Source: an uncultured bacterium
GTDB lineage: Bacteria; Omnitrophota; Omnitrophia; Omnitrophales; Aquincolibacteriaceae
Direction: 5' to 3'
NCBI GenBank assembly: GCA_964385615.1
Contig: CAYLPP010000003.1
Location: forward strand, 139,288-203,287
Length of the DNA stretch: 64,000 bases
Below, one piece after another: positions 58,129 to 64,000 of the stretch. Position numbers and translations under genes: made by a program. The notes under the pieces were generated by a model that saw only the letters and a list, made by a program, of their open reading frames with translations, ran no database searches and was not told where the DNA came from. Position 1 is the stretch's first letter. The number at the start of each line of letters is the position of its first letter.

Positions 58129-58901
58129 AGGACTTCCTCCATTTTGGAAAACGGCACGAAAGGCTCGACTTCGGCCTGCAGATGAAGCCCCGAAGGATCG
58201 CGGGTCACGGAAATAATCCTTCCAATTTTGAGGCCTTTCGGGAAAAGGCCTCCTAATCCGGAAGTCAGCACCGTTTCCTGAACCTGAACCGCGCTTTCCA
58301 GATCGAGGTAAATCATTTTCAGCGTACTCCCGCCGTCCCCCGCGATAATTCCAGTCGCGCGGGATTGCTCCGTCATCGCGCTAACGCGCGCATCCAGATC
58401 ATTCACCAGAATCACACGGGAAGTTTCAGATCCCGCGTCCAAAACCCGGCCTGCCAAACCTTCAGAAGCAATAACCGCCATGTCTTTCTGAATTCCCTGA
58501 CGGGTGCCTTTATCGAGGATGAAGCTCTTGCGCCACGGTGAAGGGTCCGATCCGATAATACGGGCCGCGATCGTTTTTCCGCTTACACTTCCGCGGAAAT
58601 CAACCAGTTTTTGGAGACGTTCGTTTTCTTTTTCAAGTTCCTTGTAGCGGACCAGCATGGATTCCAGCTGGGCAACCCGGGCTTCAAGCACGCCCTGCTC
58701 ACGGAAACTGCGGACCATTCTTTCGAACCCCTGGCGGGTTTCAGAAAAAAAACGGGAGATACCCTGCCCTGTGGAAAGAACGGGTTTAAGAACCGCGAGG
58801 GTAAAACCTTGAACAGGTTCTTTAACAGCGGGGTTTTGAATAAAGACGAGCAGAGGAAGGAAAAGAAATGCCCAAAAATAATACGAACGGCGAGCCCGCA
58901 T
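58098..58901 (-). CDS. mreC: Rod shape-determining protein MreC.
   Basis: N-terminal TM, coiled coil (LESMLVRYKELEKENERLQKLVD), C-terminal beta domains (VIASEGLAGRV; GLFPKGLKIGRIISV). Confidence 0.8.
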   Translation of the reverse strand: MRARRSYYFWAFLFLPLLVFIQNPAVKEPVQGFTLAVLKPVLSTGQGISRFFSETRQGFERMVRSFREQGVLEARVAQLESMLVRYKELEKENERLQKLVDFRGSVSGKTIAARIIGSDPSPWRKSFILDKGTRQGIQKDMAVIASEGLAGRVLDAGSETSRVILVNDLDARVSAMTEQSRATGIIAGDGGSTLKMIYLDLESAVQVQETVLTSGLGGLFPKGLKIGRIISVTRDPSGLHLQAEVEPFVPFSKMEEVLCLNSSPEKS

Positions 58902-58945
58902 GGAATGTCCTGCCAGAATGTACGGTTAAAGTGAAACGAAGAAAA

Positions 58946-60004
58946 TCAGGAACCGAATTCCTTGACGCCGTTGGTATTGACTGAAAGCCGCTTCAGAAGA
59001 TGGAAATCGCTCAGGTAACGGCCGGTGCCAAGCGCAATGGCGGTCAAAGGATCATCCGCGACATGAACAGGCAAACCGGTTTCTTCGCTGATGAGCTTAT
59101 CAAGCCCGCGCAAAAGCGCGCCGCCGCCGGCAAGAATCAACCCGCGGTCGATCAAATCAGCGGAAAGTTCGGGCGGGGTTCTCTCAAGCGCGATACGGGT
59201 GCCTTCAAGAATCGTGGAAAGAGGTTCGGAAAGAGCTTCACGGATTTCTTCGCTGGTAATGGTAACCGTTTTGGGAAGACCGGCGAGAATATCACGGCCC
59301 TTAACTTCGAGCGTGGTTTCTTCCTGAAGAGGATACGCGGAACCGATACGAATCTTGATTTCTTCGGCCGTGCGCTCACCAATCATCAGATTGTAGGATT
59401 TTTTCATATGCATCACGATGGATTCATCAAATTCATCACCGCCGACGCGAAGACTCTTGGAGAAAACAATTCCGGAAAGTGAAATCACGGCAATTTCCGT
59501 GGTTCCGCCGCCGATATCAATAATCATATTGCCGGCAGGCTCGTGAATCGGAAGACCGACACCGATCGCCGCGGCAATGGGTTCTTCGACAAGGTAAACA
59601 GGGTTTCTGGCACCGGCGCGTTCCGCGGAATCTTTTACGGCGCGCTTCTCAACTTCAGTAATGCCGGAAGGAACAGCAATAACAACACGGGGGCTTACGA
59701 GACGGTTTTTCTTGTGAACTTTGCGGATGAAATAGCGGAGCATGGATTCAGTAATATCGAAATCCGCGATCACGCCGTCTTTCATAGGGCGGATGGCAAC
59801 GATATTGCCCGGCGTACGGCCGAGCATGCGTTTAGCTTCTTCCCCCACCGCGAGAACGGCGTGGGTGGTTTTATCAATCGCGACAACGGAAGGCTCGCAG
59901 AGAACAACACCTTGTCCTTTGACATAAACAAGCGTGTTGGCAGTGCCGAGGTCAATGCCGATATCGCTGGAAAAAAAACCTAAAACACGATCCAAAAAAA
60001 ACAT
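58946..60004 (-). CDS. mreB: Actin-like rod shape-determining protein MreB.
   Basis: Full-length conservation: [86 protein letters not shown]. Confidence 0.95.
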   Translation of the reverse strand: MFFLDRVLGFFSSDIGIDLGTANTLVYVKGQGVVLCEPSVVAIDKTTHAVLAVGEEAKRMLGRTPGNIVAIRPMKDGVIADFDITESMLRYFIRKVHKKNRLVSPRVVIAVPSGITEVEKRAVKDSAERAGARNPVYLVEEPIAAAIGVGLPIHEPAGNMIIDIGGGTTEIAVISLSGIVFSKSLRVGGDEFDESIVMHMKKSYNLMIGERTAEEIKIRIGSAYPLQEETTLEVKGRDILAGLPKTVTITSEEIREALSEPLSTILEGTRIALERTPPELSADLIDRGLILAGGGALLRGLDKLISEETGLPVHVADDPLTAIALGTGRYLSDFHLLKRLSVNTNGVKEFGS

Positions 60005-60088
60005 GAATGAAAAAATCCTTTCAAGGGGGTGAGAAGTCCAAACAGTATATTGAAATCCCCCTGGAGTGTCAAATGAATAACTGGGTTT

Positions 60089-61384
60089 TCAGGCCCCTTT
60101 TTGAAGCCTTTCAAACTCACGGAAGAAGGTGGGAAAAGACGTTGCCACGCAATCGATATCCTTGATCGTAACCGCCCCATCCATGACTAAACTTGCTATG
60201 GCAAGACTCATGGCGGTCCGGTGATCGCCAAAACTCTGAACCGTTGCCCCGCGGAAGCGCTCCACCCCTTTAATCAGAGAGCCGTCGGGCAGTTCTTCGA
60301 TATGGGCCCCTACCGCCTTTAAATTAGTCACCATGGAATGGATACGGTCGGTTTCCTTGACCCGTAGCTCCTCCGCCCCGGAAACCAGGCTTTCCCCTTC
60401 GGCGACCGCCATAGCCGTCATTAAAATCGGTAATTCGTCAATCAGGCTGGGAATCTCTTCTTTCGAGATACGGGTCCCCTTAAGTTTTCCGCCCCGGATA
60501 TAAATTTGCCCCAGAGGTTCAGGCACCTGCTGAGTCACTTCAATCCGGATATCGGCACCCATGCGTTTGAGAACATCCAAAATCCCCGTCCGGGTGGAAT
60601 TCAGGCAAACCTTTTCAATCACTACCTCGGAACCCGGCGTAATGGCCGCGCCCACGATAAAAAACGCGGCCGCGGAAATATCTCCGGGAATATCCGCTTC
60701 AAAAGGCCTGAGTTTTTCAGTACGAGTCACGGCAAGCCAATCTCCGTCCTTTCTGAAATTAGCACCTGAAGCTTCCAGAAAACGTTCCGTGTGATCGCGA
60801 GACTGAATTTTCTCAAGAACCCGGGTGGAACCCTCCGCGAAAAGCCCCGCGAGTAAAATCGCGGACTTGACCTGAGCGCTCGCCAGTTTATTGTCGTAAT
60901 CAATCCCCTGAAGTTTTCCGCCGCGGATGGTCAACGGCGCGAAATTGCCGTTATCACGGCCCTTAATCTGAGCGCCCATTTTTTTTAGAGGTTCCGTAAC
61001 TCTCTTCATCGGGCGGGAGGAAAGCGAAGGGTCTCCAGTCAGATTCACTTCAAAACGCTGGCCCGCCAGAATCCCCATTAAAAGACGCATGGTGGTTCCT
61101 GAATTCCCCAGGTAAAGGTCTTGAACAGGCGCTTTCAAACCTTTCATCCCAACGCCGTAAATACGGATCTGTCCGCTTCCTTTGACATGATCCGCGCGGA
61201 CCCCCATGGCCCGGAAAGCCTCAAGCGTGTTGAGGCAGTCTTCAGCTTCCAGAAAATGGGTATAGCTGCTTTCACCGTCCGCCAGAGCGCCGAACATAAC
61301 AGCCCTGTGAGAAATCGATTTATCGCCGGGCGGGCGGAAAATTCCCTTGATCAGTTTTTGGCTTGTGAGGGTTGTCGCGTTCAT
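60089..61384 (-). CDS. aroA: 3-phosphoshikimate 1-carboxyvinyltransferase (EPSP synthase).
   Basis: PGDKSISHRAVMFGALADGES, LGNSGTTMRLLMGILAG and DHRTAMSLAIASL are characteristic AroA motifs. Confidence 0.9.
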   Translation of the reverse strand: MNATTLTSQKLIKGIFRPPGDKSISHRAVMFGALADGESSYTHFLEAEDCLNTLEAFRAMGVRADHVKGSGQIRIYGVGMKGLKAPVQDLYLGNSGTTMRLLMGILAGQRFEVNLTGDPSLSSRPMKRVTEPLKKMGAQIKGRDNGNFAPLTIRGGKLQGIDYDNKLASAQVKSAILLAGLFAEGSTRVLEKIQSRDHTERFLEASGANFRKDGDWLAVTRTEKLRPFEADIPGDISAAAFFIVGAAITPGSEVVIEKVCLNSTRTGILDVLKRMGADIRIEVTQQVPEPLGQIYIRGGKLKGTRISKEEIPSLIDELPILMTAMAVAEGESLVSGAEELRVKETDRIHSMVTNLKAVGAHIEELPDGSLIKGVERFRGATVQSFGDHRTAMSLAIASLVMDGAVTIKDIDCVATSFPTFFREFERLQKGA

Positions 61385-61390
61385 AAGAGG

Positions 61391-62161
61391 TTAAACGGCC
61401 AGGCGGACAGCGTCCCCTTCCTGGATAGGGGCGTCCTTAGGCTCGGAAGTAATGGAAGCGGCACAAAAACTCTCGTAGAGCTTTTCAACCTGAAGCCGGG
61501 CGACGGGCTTGCCGTCACGGAGGACTTCGATGACGTCGCCAATTTTCAGTTTCTGCTGAAGACCGGCATTGACCACGGCAAAATTAAACTTGCGGTTAAC
61601 CGTCAAAACGCGAGGAGATAACGATGCTGCGTCCGCGGGTGCGGGTGCGGGTGCGGCACCTTCCGCCGTTGACTCCGATGATTCTGTTTCAGATTGAGCT
61701 TTCCGCGCGTTTTCTTCCAGCGCACGATTGCGTTCTTCTAAAGATTTTACCGATGCCGTCAGTTCCTCAACCCGGGCTTTGCCGGTTTCCAGCTGCTTCT
61801 GAAGATCCTGCTTTTCGGTTTCGTAAGCTTTCAGTTTTCCCTGAATATCTTCAATCTGCTTCTGGTAGTCCTTGGAAGATTTCTCAAAAGCGTCCGCTTT
61901 TTCACGCAGTTGGGTCTGAGCTGCCTCTAGAGCTTCACGCTGATTTTTTTCAGTTTCCAGAGAACTTCTCAAAAGTCCCGCCCCGGCCAAAGCGATAATA
62001 GAGACAATAAATGAAAACACCACGGCGATTTTAAAACCGAGGTTCTTGGCTTTGGGAGGAGTATCCTTTTTTTCAAAATGAAGAGGCGTTTGTTCTTGAG
62101 AGAGGGTTCTGAAAAGAGACGACATGGTAAATCTCCTGCGGGTAGTTTCCCTGAAACGCAA
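61391..62161 (-). CDS. Membrane-anchored coiled-coil protein with a small C-terminal beta domain; hypothetical. The start may be the internal MSSLF at 62125.
   Basis: TM helix (IAVVFSFIVSIIALAGAGLL), long heptad coiled coil (QREALEAAQTQLREKADAFEKSSKDYQKQIEDIQGKLKAYETEKQDLQKQLE...), APAPAPA linker. Confidence 0.45.
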   Translation of the reverse strand: MRFRETTRRRFTMSSLFRTLSQEQTPLHFEKKDTPPKAKNLGFKIAVVFSFIVSIIALAGAGLLRSSLETEKNQREALEAAQTQLREKADAFEKSSKDYQKQIEDIQGKLKAYETEKQDLQKQLETGKARVEELTASVKSLEERNRALEENARKAQSETESSESTAEGAAPAPAPADAASLSPRVLTVNRKFNFAVVNAGLQQKLKIGDVIEVLRDGKPVARLQVEKLYESFCAASITSEPKDAPIQEGDAVRLAV

Positions 62162-62220
62162 AAACAGAAACCAGCTCCGGGTTCTAGCCCCGGAACCGGT
62201 TTCTGTTTAATCGCTGAAAA

Positions 62221-62475
62221 TTACGAAAGGTGCTTCGACACCAGCTTCGTCATCTCAAACATATTGACGACGCCTTTGCCGGCAAAAACCGCTTTCAATT
62301 TGGCGTCAGCGTTAATATTGCGCTTGTTAGCAGGATCCTGAAGTTTGTTCTTACGGATGTAATCCCAAAGCTTCTTGACCACTTCACTGCGGGGCATCGG
62401 ACCGCTGCCCACAACTGCGGCGAGGTCGGAGCTGATATTCATAGGTTTCATGAACGCTGAATTTGCTTTAGCCAT
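62221..62475 (-). CDS. SWIB/MDM2-domain protein.
   Basis: SSDLAAVVGSGPMPRSEVVKKLWDYIRKNKLQDPANKRNINADAKLKAVFAGKGVVNMFEMTKLVSKHLS matches the SWIB fold consensus (L..v.G.....R.evvk.lW.YIk.n.LQdp.nkr.i..D.kLk.vfg...v.mfem.kll..Hl). Confidence 0.7.
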   Translation of the reverse strand: MAKANSAFMKPMNISSDLAAVVGSGPMPRSEVVKKLWDYIRKNKLQDPANKRNINADAKLKAVFAGKGVVNMFEMTKLVSKHLS

Positions 62476-62591
62476 TATTCGTGCTCTCCTTTTTTAAGAA
62501 GCTGTCGGCGGACCGTCAGCTTATCGCTTGAAACATATTGACTGACTTTTTTGCTTTAATCAAGAGGGAATTTCATTATTTTACGGGCGTG

Positions 62592-63044
62592 TTACCGCGC
62601 CAGCAAGGTTTTGATTTCCTTCATAAAATGACTGACATCCTGAAATTCCCGGTAAACACTGGCAAAACGGACATATGCAATCTGATCAATTTTAGCCAGC
62701 CGCTGCATAATAAACTCCCCAATCACCCGGGAAGGCACTTCTTTTTCATACTTTTCGTGAAGCATCTTCTCAAGTTCTTCGGCAATTTTATCCTGTTCTT
62801 CAACCGGAACCGGTCTCTTTTCACAGGCTTTGTGAATCCCTGCCAGAACCTTGGCGTGGTCGTAAGCAACCCGCCGCTGATCTTTTTTAATGACGTAAAG
62901 GAGGATTTCTTCAATCCGCTCATAGGTCGTATAACGCCTGCTGCAGGCTTCACATTCCCGGCGCCGGCGGATCATCTGCCCCTCATTGACGCTGCGGGAA
63001 TCGATAACCTTGTCGTTTTCCTTTTTACAGTACGGACAGCGCAT
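62592..63044 (-). CDS. nrdR: Transcriptional repressor NrdR.
   Basis: MRCPYCKKENDKVIDSRSVNEGQMIRRRRECEACSRRYTTYERIEE is the Zn-ribbon N-terminus, followed by an ATP-cone domain. Confidence 0.9.
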   Translation of the reverse strand: MRCPYCKKENDKVIDSRSVNEGQMIRRRRECEACSRRYTTYERIEEILLYVIKKDQRRVAYDHAKVLAGIHKACEKRPVPVEEQDKIAEELEKMLHEKYEKEVPSRVIGEFIMQRLAKIDQIAYVRFASVYREFQDVSHFMKEIKTLLAR

Positions 63045-63050
63045 AGGGCC

Positions 63051-64000
63051 TTATTCGTACCTTTTCATGAGCTCAGGATACAGAGGAAAACGTTTGGTTA
63101 AAGCAAGAACCTTCTGCCGCACTTTTTCAAGATGGGATTCATCCATCGGCGCCTGAAGGGTCTCATCAATCAGAGAAGCGATTTCATCCATCTCCTTCTC
63201 TCCCATCCCGCGCGTCGTAACCGCGGGAGTTCCCAGCCGGACACCGGAAGCCTTAAAGGGAGATTCCTTATCAAACGGAATCATGTTTTTATTCACGGTG
63301 ATACGCACCATGTCCAGCGTATCCTGAACCTGTTTACCGTTGAATCCTTTAACCTTCACATCCACCAGCATCAGATGATTATCCGTACCGCCGGAAATAA
63401 TCCGGAAACCGCGCGCGGCCATGGCTTTGGCCAGAGCTTTCGCGTTTTTCACCACTTGCTCGCCGTATTTTTTAAATTCAGGCGACAAGGCTTCTTTTAA
63501 AGCCACCGCTTTCGCGGCAATAATGTGCACCAGCGGTCCGCCCTGAATTCCGGGAAAAACGGAGGCGTCGATCGCTTTGCCGTACTGTTCCTTGCAGAGA
63601 ATCAAACCCGCGCGAGGACCGCGAAGAGTCTTGTGCGTCGTGGTGGTCACCACATCCGCGTAAGGCACCGGGCTGGGATGATGGCCGGTCGCCACAAGGC
63701 CCGCAAAGTGAGCCATATCCACCATCAACAGCGCGCCAACTTTATCAGCGATTTCACGGCCGCGCTTGAAATCAATCACGCGAGGATACGCGGAAGCTCC
63801 CAAAAGAATCATTTTGGGTTTGTGCTCCATCGCCAGACGTTCCAGATTATCGTAATCAATGCGCTCATCTTTTTCAGAAACGCCGTACGGGATAATGTCG
63901 TAATATTTACCCGAAAAGTTCATTTTGTGGCCATGGGTCAAGTGACCGCCATGAGTCAGATCCATACCCAGAACCTTGTCCCCAGGCTGAAGCAGGGCCA
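63051..64000 (-). CDS. glyA: Serine hydroxymethyltransferase, 3' portion; the gene continues past the window end.
   Basis: [21 protein letters not shown] and [17 protein letters not shown] (PLP-lysine region) are classic SHMT motifs. The ORF remains open to position 64000. Confidence 0.9.
   Translation of the reverse strand, partial: ALLQPGDKVLGMDLTHGGHLTHGHKMNFSGKYYDIIPYGVSEKDERIDYDNLERLAMEHKPKMILLGASAYPRVIDFKRGREIADKVGALLMVDMAHFAGLVATGHHPSPVPYADVVTTTTHKTLRGPRAGLILCKEQYGKAIDASVFPGIQGGPLVHIIAAKAVALKEALSPEFKKYGEQVVKNAKALAKAMAARGFRIISGGTDNHLMLVDVKVKGFNGKQVQDTLDMVRITVNKNMIPFDKESPFKASGVRLGTPAVTTRGMGEKEMDEIASLIDETLQAPMDESHLEKVRQKVLALTKRFPLYPELMKRYE

Noticed and set aside
61624-61660. gcgggt x3 micro-repeat (encoding APAPAPA) and the GSEKIGSEKIGS repeat at 8771..8800.
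   Set aside because: These are short in-frame coding repeats inside ordinary genes, too short to be meaningful repeat features.
1-64000. Mobile genetic element, genomic island or CRISPR array.
   Set aside because: No integrase, transposase, recombinase, Cas gene or regularly spaced repeat-spacer array was seen. The only mobility-related trace is the 17-bp tRNA-Pro 3'-end duplicate.

Overview
This is a bacterial chromosomal window of about 52% GC with nearly every gene on the minus strand. No transposase, integrase or CRISPR array was found. Most of the window is recognisable housekeeping: an HD-GYP response regulator, oligopeptidase B, tatA, a hemH-hemY-hemD/E haem operon, an ABC-F ATPase, orn, class I fumarase, a Ca2+ P-type ATPase with a CaCA exchanger, msrB, ferritin, tRNA-Pro, the mreBCD-mrdA-rodA shape cluster, aroA, a SWIB-domain protein, nrdR and the 3' end of glyA. 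The standout is one uninterrupted 24.5-kb ORF (23505..48032, minus strand) encoding an 8175-aa protein. Read N to C it has: an N-terminal signal anchor; four tandem Ig-like domains; long YD-repeat tracts; dockerin-like Ca-binding loops; several discoidin (F5/8 type C) domains; about six LamG/concanavalin-like domains that include near-identical intragenic DNA duplications; a C39-like papain-fold domain whose catalytic Cys appears replaced by Ser; a glycine-zipper hydrophobic segment; and a terminal domain with an A-H-S-Q-G serine-hydrolase elbow. A 181-aa signal-peptide protein starts 3 nt after its stop and is a candidate immunity partner. Together this looks like an undescribed giant teneurin/polymorphic-toxin-like surface system. 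Other oddities are a fused HemD-HemE protein, a 17-bp duplicate of the tRNA-Pro 3' end 110 bp away, and a family of CACTTG..CAAGTG palindromic repeats flanking the tRNA. Four small genes of fewer than 60 codons are missing from the ORF track, including tatA, an XRE HTH protein and a small membrane protein. All domain calls come from reading motifs by eye, not from database searches.
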